35,436 bases of DNA from an uncultured Planctomycetales bacterium (GCA_964588765.1 CAZPQS010000003.1:1-35436); one strand, 5' to 3'. Shown: positions 1 to 10,276, counted from the stretch's first letter. Made by a program: numbers and translations. The notes: generated by a model not told the origin, from the letters alone.

Positions 1-15
1 GATTAGAATTTTCAT
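1..15 (-). CDS. 5' end of the next operon gene (MKILI...), truncated by the window edge; possibly an NAD-dependent epimerase/dehydrogenase
   Basis: The reverse strand reads AAGGAG-agagtt-ATG AAA ATT CTA ATC, 26 bp after the upstream stop. MKILI resembles a Rossmann first beta-strand, but only 5 codons are visible. Confidence 0.55.
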
Positions 16-21
16 AACTCT

Positions 22-27
22 CTCCTT
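22..27 (-). promoter_or_regulatory. Shine-Dalgarno site (AAGGAG)
   Basis: ctcctt on the + strand, 6 nt upstream of the ATG at 15. Confidence 0.7.
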
Positions 28-41
28 CTGTTGGATATATA

Positions 42-1826
42 TTACCTTATAAAAACACTCAAATTATCTTTATTAACGGGGATAAAATATTCATCCAAAT
101 AACTTTGCGCCTGTTTCAATTCCAATCTAAAACGATTATTATCAAGGCTTCTTATACGTTTAATCTTTGCGGCTAATTCGCCGGGGTCGCGGCAAACATC
201 TTTAAGGCTGAGGCACTCAAAAAGAGGGTCAACCTCAAGAGGATAATTCACGTCCAAATAAATAACCGGCCGGCCCATTTTTAATGCCTCCAGGCATACG
301 GTGGTCCAGGTATAAAGCACAACGCTGCATCTTTCAATTTCTTTCTGCATGGGGGGATTATCGGAGATAATAAAATTCTCGGGCAGACAAAAACCCAAAT
401 TGCTTAAAACCGTTTTAACCGGCGTCGCCGGATGAAATCTGAAATATACCTCTTCATGGCTCCCGTCCAATCCCGCTTTAAAAAGAAATTGAAAAACCTT
501 TACGCTATCATTGACGGTTATGGTCAAAGGAACAAAAATCCCGCCATTTTGATTTCTGGGCAGCTCATTCAGGCTAAAAATATATTCCTGGCGCAATGCG
601 CAGCCTGTCGAAAATATCGAATTGGGATAACTGCCCAATCGCCTCATAATCTCCTGGGTCTGCCTGCCCATTGTAACAATTTTATCCGGCAAGGGGATTA
701 TCTTTTCTTCTCCCGACCCCGGAAAATACTTAAAACTATTTTTTGAGACAAAGGCATGCTGAAAACCTATAATTACTGCCTTAGAAGACGCCTTTCGAAT
801 GCCTAAAATACTCATCTTCTCCCAGGCATAATTCTCAAAGGTATAGATAAATGTCTTTACGTCAATAGCTTGGGCAAGGCGCAAACAATAATAATAGTTC
901 ATAAGATTTCCGAAAAAGGAAGTGCCGATAATATCTTTGGAAGTCTCGGCGCAAAACAGGAAAGTTACATCGACGTTATCCAAAGTAATATTTGTTTCAA
1001 TTCTCGGACGGCTGAAATATGTAGAGAATAAACATCTGAATATATCTGTAATCTTAATATACAAGTTTGTCGGAATTATTAAATTGCCGGAGTCATTTTT
1101 AAACCGCGCTATTATCTTTTTGTAATCAGAAATTATTCCGGCGAAGGTAACTACCTTTTCATCGTGGGATGATAAAAAACCGGGCAGACTCTTAAAGTAA
1201 GAATCTTCGTAGGTTTTATCCTTGTAATTACGGTGGTCTACCCATGTTCTAATCACAATATAGTTATCTTTATTATTTATTAAACTTTTTTTATTTCTTA
1301 ATAAAATCCTGCACAAAAGAAGCTTTCCACATTCCCTGACCGCCGTACTTAGCTGCGAGAAAATACCTTTTATCTTACAAACAACATTCTTAAAATAGTA
1401 ACGATACCTGTTTCTGCGGCCGCAGTTCACTATATATTCCTTACGATAATTTAATATTATTTGTTCCTTTAGAACTTCATCCGAACAAATAACCATGATA
1501 TTGGATTCAATCTTGGTTATTATATTGTTAAAGCATATCATTTTATAAAGCCTCTCAAAAAGCTTTGAGTTAAGAGGGTTTTTCTCGGAAAGACAACCGG
1601 CCCACCAATAAATTGTTTTATTTTGGCTGCCTAATGAAGCAATCAAATCAAGATATCTTCGTTCAAACAAGGTCTTGTCCACATCTTTATTTAAATCAAT
1701 CCAGGATAAATCTCGAGGACAATTACAACGCAAATCATCGACATTAATAAAGCTAAAGTCAGTTTTATTAATCCCTGCACACTCGAAGGCCTGTTCTATA
1801 TTATCGAATAGGAAAATCCGTCTCAT
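42..1826 (-). CDS. Orphan surface-carbohydrate biosynthesis protein with C-terminal GT-B-like domain; candidate CMP-ulosonate transferase
   Basis: 594 aa. Motifs YTFENYAWEK, IIGFQH, PLPDKIVTMG, YFRFHP and TWTTVCLEALKMGRPVI resemble GT-B nucleotide-binding motifs. ATGA overlap with the kdsB-like gene. Confidence 0.6.
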   Translation of the reverse strand: MRRIFLFDNIEQAFECAGINKTDFSFINVDDLRCNCPRDLSWIDLNKDVDKTLFERRYLDLIASLGSQNKTIYWWAGCLSEKNPLNSKLFERLYKMICFNNIITKIESNIMVICSDEVLKEQIILNYRKEYIVNCGRRNRYRYYFKNVVCKIKGIFSQLSTAVRECGKLLLCRILLRNKKSLINNKDNYIVIRTWVDHRNYKDKTYEDSYFKSLPGFLSSHDEKVVTFAGIISDYKKIIARFKNDSGNLIIPTNLYIKITDIFRCLFSTYFSRPRIETNITLDNVDVTFLFCAETSKDIIGTSFFGNLMNYYYCLRLAQAIDVKTFIYTFENYAWEKMSILGIRKASSKAVIIGFQHAFVSKNSFKYFPGSGEEKIIPLPDKIVTMGRQTQEIMRRLGSYPNSIFSTGCALRQEYIFSLNELPRNQNGGIFVPLTITVNDSVKVFQFLFKAGLDGSHEEVYFRFHPATPVKTVLSNLGFCLPENFIISDNPPMQKEIERCSVVLYTWTTVCLEALKMGRPVIYLDVNYPLEVDPLFECLSLKDVCRDPGELAAKIKRIRSLDNNRFRLELKQAQSYLDEYFIPVNKDNLSVFIR

Positions 1827-2563
1827 GAGATATACCTATATTTTACTCTATCGGCCTCCATCAGCCGCCTGACTTCAACCAGGTCCTCCGGGATATCTAC
1901 GCTTATATGTGCGCCATCGACCTTAACCGCCCTTATCTTATAACCATGCTCCAATATCCGTAAATATTCGTTAAATTCAACTTCCTCCAGGGGGGTCTGC
2001 GGCCAGGAGGCGTATTTCAAAAGGAAATTTTTACGAAAAGGTACGATAAAAGACATCTTCCACATCGTATCGATTGGTGTACGGGCGTCACTGGGTAAAT
2101 CATTACGTGAACAGTAAAGTATATTGTCGTTTAAATCGAGAACGGCCTTTAAATCAGCGGGACTATTTCTCTTTTTATAGGGAGTAACCAGGACGCTTAC
2201 CTGTACGCTTTCATCTTCAATCAGAGGCTCGAGGGCTTTATCAATGTGCTCGGGATACAGCAGTGGTTCATCCCCCTGGATATTCACCACTATATCAGCA
2301 TCTATATTTTTAGCGGCTTCGGCAATTCTATCGGTTCCGGTTTGATGGCTGGCTGAGGTCATAATCGCTTTTCCCCCGTGATTTACGACAACATCATATA
2401 TCTGGCTGCTGTCGGTTGCGACAAACACATCATCCAGCAAAGAAGCAAGCTGGGCCCTTTTAAATACATGCACTACCATAGGAAGTCCGCCGATATCAAT
2501 AAGGGCTTTATTGGGAAGCCTGCTTGATTTAAGCCTTGAAGGAATAATGCCGACCGCTTTCAT
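1823..2563 (-). CDS. kdsB: 3-deoxy-manno-octulosonate cytidylyltransferase-like (CMP-Kdo synthetase family), divergent sugar-binding region
   Basis: IIPSRLKSSRLPNKAL, HQTGTDRIAE, VNIQGDEPL, LYCSR, LEEVEFNEYLRILEHG, ISVDIPEDL. Confidence 0.85.
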   Translation of the reverse strand: MKAVGIIPSRLKSSRLPNKALIDIGGLPMVVHVFKRAQLASLLDDVFVATDSSQIYDVVVNHGGKAIMTSASHQTGTDRIAEAAKNIDADIVVNIQGDEPLLYPEHIDKALEPLIEDESVQVSVLVTPYKKRNSPADLKAVLDLNDNILYCSRNDLPSDARTPIDTMWKMSFIVPFRKNFLLKYASWPQTPLEEVEFNEYLRILEHGYKIRAVKVDGAHISVDIPEDLVEVRRLMEADRVKYRYIS

Positions 2564-2565
2564 AA

Positions 2566-4122
2566 TTAGCTCCTTCTTAATATAGGCGATTTAATACCTG
2601 ATAGCAACATTTTAACCTTTTTAATAAAACGGAAAAAATACAAATCTATAACATAAAAATTGCTTCCGTGGGAAAGGCGCCATACAAATATTCTCCGGAT
2701 AATTTTAGCAAAAAGGCTGTTTTGATGTTTGGGCTTACTTAATATTGCGGTATATATACGAAGGTAATTCTGCATGCTTTCGTGATATTTGAAAAATCCG
2801 TCCCAAACCCATTGGTTGACATCAACAATTAATGCCCCGTCGACATATAAGCGTCCTTTCCATCCCTCGATTGATTCCGGAAGTTTAATATTATATTTTT
2901 TTATCATCTCTTCGAATATCGGGGAGCCGGGATAATAGCGAAATATAAAAGGCCCTGATATATCTGTGAAAGGATTAATTTTAAGTAATTTCGAACAAAG
3001 TCTATACGTTGCGAATGTGTCTTCCTTCTCCTCATTCGGCATACAAGTCATAAAAGAAAGGCGCGCCGTTATCTTTGTTTTTGCAAGTTCCCCTACCGCG
3101 CATACTATATCTTCTCTTTTAATATCTTTATGCATATAATCCAGCATTTTCTGTGAGCCGCTCTCTGCTCCCATGGCAATGGACTTTATGCCAATTCTTT
3201 CCATTTCAGGAACCAAAGCCTTAAATAAGTTATTGTTAAAATAAGATACTCTTGACCAAATTCTACCTAAGAATTTAAGATTCTCAGCCTTAACTAATTG
3301 AATGAGTTCAATTAGACGTCTTTTATTTATGCAAAAATCTTCATCCAGAAACAAAAAAGCATTAGCACCATATCGAGATTGCAGCTTTTTTATCTCTTGC
3401 ACGATAGAAATAGCTGACCTGGTTCTATATCGTCTTTTTAAAATAACATTGATACAAAAATCACACCTGAAACAACATCCCAAACCCGTTAAAATAGGCA
3501 TTAGTTTTATTTTCTCGTTACCGAACTCCCGCTCATAAACACTGGTCGCATTAAGGTATTTAGGTACATCCAAAAGGTCAAAATCAAAATAAGGAATCTG
3601 TGATATATCGTCGAGCTCGCGGGGTTCGGTAATTTTGACATTTCCATTCCTGTCGCAAAAAGCAATTCCTTTTATATCCTCGAGCTCTCTTTTCCCGGCA
3701 AAATAATCCATTATCTCCAAAACTGTCTCTGCCCCTTCGTTAACCACCGCTATATCAATATAAGGATTATCGACGGTTTGTTTCGGGAATAATGTCGGGT
3801 GTACGCCTCCAAAAATAATAGGTATATCGGGATTAACCTCTTTTATTTTTTTTGCTAATTCGTATGCCTTGATTACCTGCGAAGTCATAATTGAGAAACC
3901 GACAAAAATAACATCATCGGACAGCTTATCAAATATTACGCTTTCATAACAAGGGTCGACCTGAGCATCAACAAGAGACACGGGAAAACCATTTTTCCTT
4001 AAAATAGACCCTATCACCATAATCCCCGTTGCAGGATAAGTCTCTCCGGTTTTCCCATAGTGATAGTCAGACCCTGAGGGTAAATTAATGAGAATTATTT
4101 CTTTTTTTGATTCTGATTTCAT
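2566..4122 (-). CDS. Cobalamin-binding radical SAM protein (class B methyltransferase-like)
   Basis: N-terminal B12-binding domain (VGFSIMT, IIFGGVHPT, NEGAET), CxxxCxxC motif CCFRCDFC, FLDEDF, GAESGSQKML, YPGSP. Confidence 0.9.
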   Translation of the reverse strand: MKSESKKEIILINLPSGSDYHYGKTGETYPATGIMVIGSILRKNGFPVSLVDAQVDPCYESVIFDKLSDDVIFVGFSIMTSQVIKAYELAKKIKEVNPDIPIIFGGVHPTLFPKQTVDNPYIDIAVVNEGAETVLEIMDYFAGKRELEDIKGIAFCDRNGNVKITEPRELDDISQIPYFDFDLLDVPKYLNATSVYEREFGNEKIKLMPILTGLGCCFRCDFCINVILKRRYRTRSAISIVQEIKKLQSRYGANAFLFLDEDFCINKRRLIELIQLVKAENLKFLGRIWSRVSYFNNNLFKALVPEMERIGIKSIAMGAESGSQKMLDYMHKDIKREDIVCAVGELAKTKITARLSFMTCMPNEEKEDTFATYRLCSKLLKINPFTDISGPFIFRYYPGSPIFEEMIKKYNIKLPESIEGWKGRLYVDGALIVDVNQWVWDGFFKYHESMQNYLRIYTAILSKPKHQNSLFAKIIRRIFVWRLSHGSNFYVIDLYFFRFIKKVKMLLSGIKSPILRRS

Positions 4123-5186
4123 CGCTGTAATGCCTTAACAATATTTTGCCTTAACCAACGGATTACAAGCCCGCGCCTTGTTAAAGCACCGGAACATCTC
4201 CTGCAGGTTAACGGCATATTAGCGCCTTTCCTTAAATTATCTAAGAAGCCGGCGTTCTTCTCCAGAATATCATAGATGGATTCTCTTTTGATGTCGCCCA
4301 TACACAACAAATCATCATAAGCAAAGCAGCAGGGAACAACGTTTCCGCTAGCCAAAATACCTATAACCCTGCTTGGGCAGACATCCGGATTCCTGGAGGG
4401 ATAAAAAGTCGTCAGTCTATTCCAATCTACAAATCTCTTAATTTTAAAAGAAATGTTCTCGCTGAGAATCAGCGGCTTCTGATTACCGGCATAATGAACG
4501 CTCACCTTACTCAAATATTCATCTATATCAACATTGGACTTTAAACGGCTGTCATAGCGATTTAAATGCTTCAGGAATTGCCTCAAATCATCTCTGAGGT
4601 CCGAAAGGGTATCGTATAGATAAGGACTCCCGCATTCGGTCCCGAGTATTTTTGCTTTCAGCCTTTTACCCTTATGTGAAAAGTTGCAAATTAAATCAAC
4701 TACAACTTTTAATGAATTATCCTGGGCTATTTTTAAAAATTCCGAGATATTCTTTTTATACTCCTGAAAATCAATTTTAATCCCTCTTATATAGTTAAAA
4801 GACATTTGATTTAAAGTCTGCAATGATACTTTCACGCTATCCGGTCGTGCTTCTATCAGCTTGGATATCACTTCTCTTGAATTAAACAATATCCCGTTAG
4901 TTATAATATGTATAGCTAAGCCCTTGTCTTTTGCATATTTAATAAACCCGTAAATACGCTTATCCAGCAGGGGTTCATTAATATGTTGTAATAAAACTTC
5001 TTTAACACCCTTATCTTTCGACAATAAATCAATAATACTATATACGATATCGGTAGATAAAACCTTTCCCTTGTCGCGTCTTTGCGGATAAATACAAAAT
5101 TGACAGTTCATATTGCAGGTTGACATTGTCTCTATTTGAACGGCCGAAAAACCGTATTTAGAAATACTTATTTGTTGGGTATTCAT
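4119..5186 (-). CDS. Radical SAM protein with SPASM/twitch domain
   Basis: CNMNCQFC, NEPLLD, TNG, and C-terminal CPSR...GNVVPCC...GDI...CRRC. Confidence 0.88.
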   Translation of the reverse strand: MNTQQISISKYGFSAVQIETMSTCNMNCQFCIYPQRRDKGKVLSTDIVYSIIDLLSKDKGVKEVLLQHINEPLLDKRIYGFIKYAKDKGLAIHIITNGILFNSREVISKLIEARPDSVKVSLQTLNQMSFNYIRGIKIDFQEYKKNISEFLKIAQDNSLKVVVDLICNFSHKGKRLKAKILGTECGSPYLYDTLSDLRDDLRQFLKHLNRYDSRLKSNVDIDEYLSKVSVHYAGNQKPLILSENISFKIKRFVDWNRLTTFYPSRNPDVCPSRVIGILASGNVVPCCFAYDDLLCMGDIKRESIYDILEKNAGFLDNLRKGANMPLTCRRCSGALTRRGLVIRWLRQNIVKALQR

Positions 5187-5216
5187 GGTTTTTATTTATT
5201 CTATCTCCGCATAAGC

Positions 5217-6116
5217 TTATATTTTATAATCTAACTTAATCATTACATCCTTGGCAAACCTCATAAAGAATTCCAGGTCTGAATCATTAAAATAATTCTT
5301 CCAGTCGCCGATGATGCCCTTTCTTGGATGAGCAGGAAAAACAACCTTATAACGCTTGCTATCGTTACGATTAAAAAGGTACCTGAGAGTTCTTTTTGCC
5401 TTTCTTTTAGCTCTGGAGAATATATCGGACGAATAAGCAGAAACAAATTCAGGCCTTTTAATTTTATCGAAAAGGCGCTCTTGCATCCCAAGGGAAGATG
5501 CAAGATTTCTTATCGTCGCCTCAAAATCATTATAAAGCGTTTCATACTTTAGATGAACCGCGTCTTCCTTGGCTAACCACTCATTAACATGGGCGCGCCA
5601 ATACTCAACCCGATTCTTGTCCTTTTCTTCAAATCCCCTGATAGGCATATAATATTTATTCGGCATTCTTATGAACTCACTAAAAGTACATTCTTTGATT
5701 CGAATCTCAGTTCCTGTGGATAACCCCCCTGCGGCATCTTTCTGGTAAAAATACCATGAGAGGATAACATCTCTCCCGTCTCTATAAATATTCACTATTT
5801 TTGAATGTTCATAAATTGTCTTTATTATTGCTTTTTCTTTCTCATTCAAATAAAATTCATTGTCAAGGGCGCGTGAAATCTCAGAGGGCATAAGATGAGT
5901 TTTAAATACTTTTATCTTATTATTATCTTCGCTTAAGCATTGCTGCCATTCTTTCGTATATGTTTTATCGTGAGTCAGAAATAACCCTTCTAAAGTCGAA
6001 TATGTATTTCTTATTTGAGGAAATTCAACATCTCTAAAATTCATACAAAGTGCATTTATAATAAAGTGCGTTCCGGACCTGGGGTGCGTGGCAATGAGAA
6101 TAAATTTGTTTTTCAT
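5217..6116 (-). CDS. Sulfotransferase-fold protein (cytosolic SULT-like)
   Basis: 5'-PSB loop THPRSGTH, FKTH, 3'-PB motif YRDGRDVILS, LKYE, C-terminal RKGIIGDWKNYF. Confidence 0.9.
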   Translation of the reverse strand: MKNKFILIATHPRSGTHFIINALCMNFRDVEFPQIRNTYSTLEGLFLTHDKTYTKEWQQCLSEDNNKIKVFKTHLMPSEISRALDNEFYLNEKEKAIIKTIYEHSKIVNIYRDGRDVILSWYFYQKDAAGGLSTGTEIRIKECTFSEFIRMPNKYYMPIRGFEEKDKNRVEYWRAHVNEWLAKEDAVHLKYETLYNDFEATIRNLASSLGMQERLFDKIKRPEFVSAYSSDIFSRAKRKAKRTLRYLFNRNDSKRYKVVFPAHPRKGIIGDWKNYFNDSDLEFFMRFAKDVMIKLDYKI

Positions 6117-6119
6117 CTC

Positions 6120-6878
6120 TTAGATTATCCGTAACTCCGAGGCATCGTCAATCACATAAGGCGTAAATTGCAACAATGCATCTTTAGCCATTAGTCCGGT
6201 ACAAACGCCTATCGAAGCCTTAAATCCGGCATTGATTCCCATCTGGATATCGCTTTGGGCATCGCCTATCATTACGGAATTTTCCGGGCCTATCTTAAAA
6301 TACCGCCCTATAACTTCTAATGCCTGCGGATGAGGTTTTGGATTTTCCACCCTATTTGACCCGATAACAAAATCGACCATGTTATCTATTCTTAAGAAAT
6401 TTAAGGCAAGACGCGTTCTCTCTGTTATGTCCGATGTGGCTACGGCAATCTTTCCTCTGTTTTCTTTAATTTTTCTTAATAATCCAATCACGCCTCTGGT
6501 AGGCTTAATCATCTTATGCAATAAAGGCAAGGATAATTCGTCGGCCTGGCTAAAAGCTTCAAAGCAAACGCGAGAAACGTCCTTACAATTTAATTTAATA
6601 AGATAGTCCTCGGCTGTCCGTTGAACCATCTTTCTCGGCAGGAGTCCAACGGGACCCTCGGGCCTTAGTCTTCTTTTTTCAAAATCAATCCCCATCTCAT
6701 ACATCAGATTATTTTTATGTTTTCCGTAGGGCAAACGATAGAAATCGCATATGCCCCTGGCCCTGAGTTCGACCATATAATGCCAATAGTTATACAAATC
6801 GATAAGGGTTCCGTCTTTATCAAAAACAAAAAGTTCTATATCCTTGATTATTTTCTGACCGACAATTATATCTATCAT
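6120..6878 (-). CDS. HAD-superfamily phosphatase (phosphoglycolate phosphatase-like)
   Basis: Motif I FDKDGTL, motif II VATSD, motif III KPHP, motif IV IGDAQSD. Confidence 0.88.
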   Translation of the reverse strand: MIDIIVGQKIIKDIELFVFDKDGTLIDLYNYWHYMVELRARGICDFYRLPYGKHKNNLMYEMGIDFEKRRLRPEGPVGLLPRKMVQRTAEDYLIKLNCKDVSRVCFEAFSQADELSLPLLHKMIKPTRGVIGLLRKIKENRGKIAVATSDITERTRLALNFLRIDNMVDFVIGSNRVENPKPHPQALEVIGRYFKIGPENSVMIGDAQSDIQMGINAGFKASIGVCTGLMAKDALLQFTPYVIDDASELRII

Positions 6879-6898
6879 CTTGCAACAGCCGCGTTATT

Positions 6899-8536
6899 TT
6901 ATTTTGCCCTTAAATCTTTCAGCCGTTTATTTATCTCGCGCAATGCCAGGCCTTGAGGCGGTATCTCTGGAGTTTGATTGTTTAAAACCGGCAAATCTTT
7001 ACTCTTAGCTGCAGCGTTTTTCTTCTTATAATACTTCCGTTCAAATATTTTTCCCTCCACTATGGAAATAATCCTGCGTTTTGCAAGCAGAAATGTCTTG
7101 TTAAAACCGCGCTCTTTTAGTTTGCGAATAACTTTTTTGGTTAGCTTTAGAAACGATCTTCCTTCGGTATAGCTATTAATCTCATTTTCTAACAGTATCA
7201 TCCATTTCATAACAACCGGCGTCGGACTGGTTGTATAATTTATAAAATAATTATCGGGAGATAATTCTGCCGCCTCAACATTACTGATAGCCTCAAGATA
7301 TTTATCGACATCCGTTATATAACCCTTTAATTGTGCGTATTCGAATAAAGGAGCGCCCGGCATAGCCATAGGGAAAGTCGGCCGAAATTTTCTACTTGCT
7401 AAATTTGCCTTTCTTAAAAAATCTATTGTTTCATATATGGTTTCGAATGTTTCTCCGGGATAACCAATAATAATAAAAGGAATTGTATTGATACCCACCT
7501 CTTTAACCATACGGGATACTTCAATATTTTGTTGAACCGTTGTATGTTTTTCCATGATATTAAGTATTTTTTGAGAACCACTTTCAAATCCAAACTGAAT
7601 GTGCCAAATCCCCGCCTCTTTAAGGGCTTTCAATATATCTCTATCCATTATATCGACTCTCATTCCCGTAATATGAAAGGTTAAATCGAAATTATTTTTA
7701 CGAAGCATATCTATAAAATCCCAAACCCACTTTTTTGTTGAACCGAAGCACTCATCGCCAAAAGAAATATGACCTACATCATATTTCTTTTTTAAGTGGG
7801 CAATTAAATCTGCGATATACTCTAAAGAATGAATTCTTAAACCCGGCATATTACGATAACAAAAACTGCAACTTCCAATACACCCCCGGCCAATAGTAAC
7901 TCGCATAAACTTAGGACTGCGTCTTGGCTCAAAAAGCCTCTTGTCTAACCTGTCATTATCAACGTAACCTTTAATAAAATCATGTATGGTTAGAATATAC
8001 TTACTTGAATCGAGAATATCGTAGTCAGGGAATGGTAAATCATCCAAATTCATAATTAATCTTCTCGGCTTATTCTTGAGGGGCTTTCCTTCTTTTCTGA
8101 AAGAAATACCATCGATACCGTCTAAATCTTCCTTATTTTCAATGTTCTTCAGTAACTCTTTAAAAGTTATCTCCCCTTCACCATGAACTAAAACATCTAC
8201 TAATGTATGATTTAGAACTGTCTCCCAAGCTGCAGCCAGCCCTCCGCCGACAACAATAGTTACGTTAGGCATTTTCTGCTTTATGAGAACTGCCATCTCT
8301 TTAACATACTTATAACTTGTTGATACAACAGCAGATAAACCTACTACATCCGGCGATAGCTGTGATATTTTGTTAACCGCCTCTTCCTTGCTGCATCTAA
8401 GGGCATCTAAATCAATAAGATGCGCTTTGTGTCCGGCGCTGCGGGCGGCCGCTATAACACCCAACGCGCCGAAGGGAGGATAAAAAGATACCTTTTCCCT
8501 TACCGGCGGAACTATTATTGCTACGGTCAACGACAT
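6899..8536 (-). CDS. Cobalamin-binding radical SAM protein
   Basis: YPPFG, PDVVGLS, IVVGGG, GEGEITF, CxxxCxxC motif CIGSCSFC, FGDECF, GFESGSQKIL, GYPGET. Confidence 0.9.
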   Translation of the reverse strand: MSLTVAIIVPPVREKVSFYPPFGALGVIAAARSAGHKAHLIDLDALRCSKEEAVNKISQLSPDVVGLSAVVSTSYKYVKEMAVLIKQKMPNVTIVVGGGLAAAWETVLNHTLVDVLVHGEGEITFKELLKNIENKEDLDGIDGISFRKEGKPLKNKPRRLIMNLDDLPFPDYDILDSSKYILTIHDFIKGYVDNDRLDKRLFEPRRSPKFMRVTIGRGCIGSCSFCYRNMPGLRIHSLEYIADLIAHLKKKYDVGHISFGDECFGSTKKWVWDFIDMLRKNNFDLTFHITGMRVDIMDRDILKALKEAGIWHIQFGFESGSQKILNIMEKHTTVQQNIEVSRMVKEVGINTIPFIIIGYPGETFETIYETIDFLRKANLASRKFRPTFPMAMPGAPLFEYAQLKGYITDVDKYLEAISNVEAAELSPDNYFINYTTSPTPVVMKWMILLENEINSYTEGRSFLKLTKKVIRKLKERGFNKTFLLAKRRIISIVEGKIFERKYYKKKNAAAKSKDLPVLNNQTPEIPPQGLALREINKRLKDLRAK

Positions 8537-8545
8537 TTTTATTGC

Positions 8546-10276
8546 CTATGGCTCTGCTTCGATCCAGTTATAAATACTATTATAAAAATAATTATGACTT
8601 GTCGGCGTTATAATATGTAAATCTTCTTTATCGCTGCTTATCAAGAATGAATTAATACTATTAAGCATCGCCTCGTTAAAATTATGTTTTTCAATTAACA
8701 GCTTGAAATTCTCGGCTTCTGCTGACTCTCTATAAAAATGTATATTATTGGAAAGAAAGTTTTCTTTATTCTTATAGCCGTCCATTCCGGCAATAAAAAT
8801 TCTTTTTGCGCCCATAACGATTGCAACGGCTATCAGGAGTATTGAAATTGTCCGACAATTAGAATTAATTATTCCGTCTTTTATATCAAAGTTACTTGAG
8901 GTGCGGGCTAAATGCACGGCGCGTTCATAGCTTCGGCTGGTATATTCGTTTATAAAATCGGTGTCGAAACTGCTGGAAAGCAGGAGTTTAGATTCGCTAT
9001 CCACCTGGTCTATATAATCAATGAATCTCTTTTTGTTGCTGAAGCCGTGATAATGCGGTTTAAATAATCCTCCAAGATAGTTGGCCCCCATAACTATAGG
9101 GCTGTATTTGTTAATAAATTTATCGATATCGCTTTTATACTCCTTTAAAGAAGGGCCATTGGCAAGTATTAAAAAATCCTTTGCCTTATGCCTGTCTTTA
9201 TATTCGACAGGAAAATCTTTAGAAAGACTGACAAATTCTTCGGCAGTATGGTTAGGACATTCTACGTCAACGGACCCTACAAACCCGCTGTTAACTACCT
9301 TATCTAAAGTTTCTTTTTTGAATCCTATGTGCCCTATGCCTTTAATTATCTCCAGAACCTTTACTATATCATCTATTTTATATTCATGATAATCAACCAG
9401 GCTTTTTGCGTAATTAGGATGAATTTCGAAGATTCCGGATAGCATATAAGGCAAACTGTAGCCCCATTTAATATTGTCTTTTAAGCTAATGAAATAACGA
9501 TCGATTAAATCCAAAATGGGCAGGGAGTTATACTTCTTATTTCCCAACATTTTCTCAAGATATATTATCAATGCTTCAAGAGGAAGGTTTCCGGAACCTC
9601 TACCTATGCCGTAAATTGTCCCATCGACAATATCGATACCGTTATTAATGGCCTCCAAGGTATTAGCAAAAGCCAGCTGCAGGCTATTATGGGCGTGAAA
9701 ACCGATTTTCTTATTGGTTTGTTTGAATTTTTCTATATATCTTTTTATATTCTGAGGGAAAAGAGAGCCGTAACTGTCGGCAAAATAAATATAGTTGATA
9801 GTGGATTTCTCCAAGGGTTTAACGATAGCCTCCAGTTCTTTATTGCCGTAACCTACAATACCCATAAGTTGAATGGAAGTCATATAACCTTTGGATTTTA
9901 GTTCTTCACACAACCTTATGGCGCCGGAAACCTCATCTTTATGGCAGGCAACCCTATACATCTTAACCAGACTATTGCCGGTGAGAGGAATATTTGAGGT
10001 ATCGGCTCTTGAATAATCAAGCATCAACGCTATCCTTACTCCCCCCATATCTTTGAACAACCCATCAATCATATCCTCGCCGACAGAATACCAAGGGCCC
10101 ATACCGGATTTGGGAACATTTCTAAAGCCGAGCTCAATAACATCGACTCCCGTTTTTGAAATACTGCGGTAGATCTCTTTCACAATCTTCTTATCAAAAT
10201 TCCAATTATTTAAATAGCCTCCGTCGCGAATGGTACAGTCTAAAATTTCTAATTTTGGAAATTTAGTATTATTCAC
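8546..10276 (-). CDS. DRE-TIM (HMGL-like, 4-hydroxy-2-oxovalerate aldolase-like) aldolase fused to a C-terminal CstII/Maf(DUF115)-like domain
   Basis: N-terminal LDCTIRDGGY, YFADSYG, GFHAHNSLQLAFAN, GRGSGN. C-terminal ILANGPSLKE and AVAIVMGAKRIFIAGMDGY. Start moved from 10288 to GTG 10276 because GAGGT lies 5 nt upstream. Confidence 0.8.
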   Translation of the reverse strand: MNNTKFPKLEILDCTIRDGGYLNNWNFDKKIVKEIYRSISKTGVDVIELGFRNVPKSGMGPWYSVGEDMIDGLFKDMGGVRIALMLDYSRADTSNIPLTGNSLVKMYRVACHKDEVSGAIRLCEELKSKGYMTSIQLMGIVGYGNKELEAIVKPLEKSTINYIYFADSYGSLFPQNIKRYIEKFKQTNKKIGFHAHNSLQLAFANTLEAINNGIDIVDGTIYGIGRGSGNLPLEALIIYLEKMLGNKKYNSLPILDLIDRYFISLKDNIKWGYSLPYMLSGIFEIHPNYAKSLVDYHEYKIDDIVKVLEIIKGIGHIGFKKETLDKVVNSGFVGSVDVECPNHTAEEFVSLSKDFPVEYKDRHKAKDFLILANGPSLKEYKSDIDKFINKYSPIVMGANYLGGLFKPHYHGFSNKKRFIDYIDQVDSESKLLLSSSFDTDFINEYTSRSYERAVHLARTSSNFDIKDGIINSNCRTISILLIAVAIVMGAKRIFIAGMDGYKNKENFLSNNIHFYRESAEAENFKLLIEKHNFNEAMLNSINSFLISSDKEDLHIITPTSHNYFYNSIYNWIEAEP

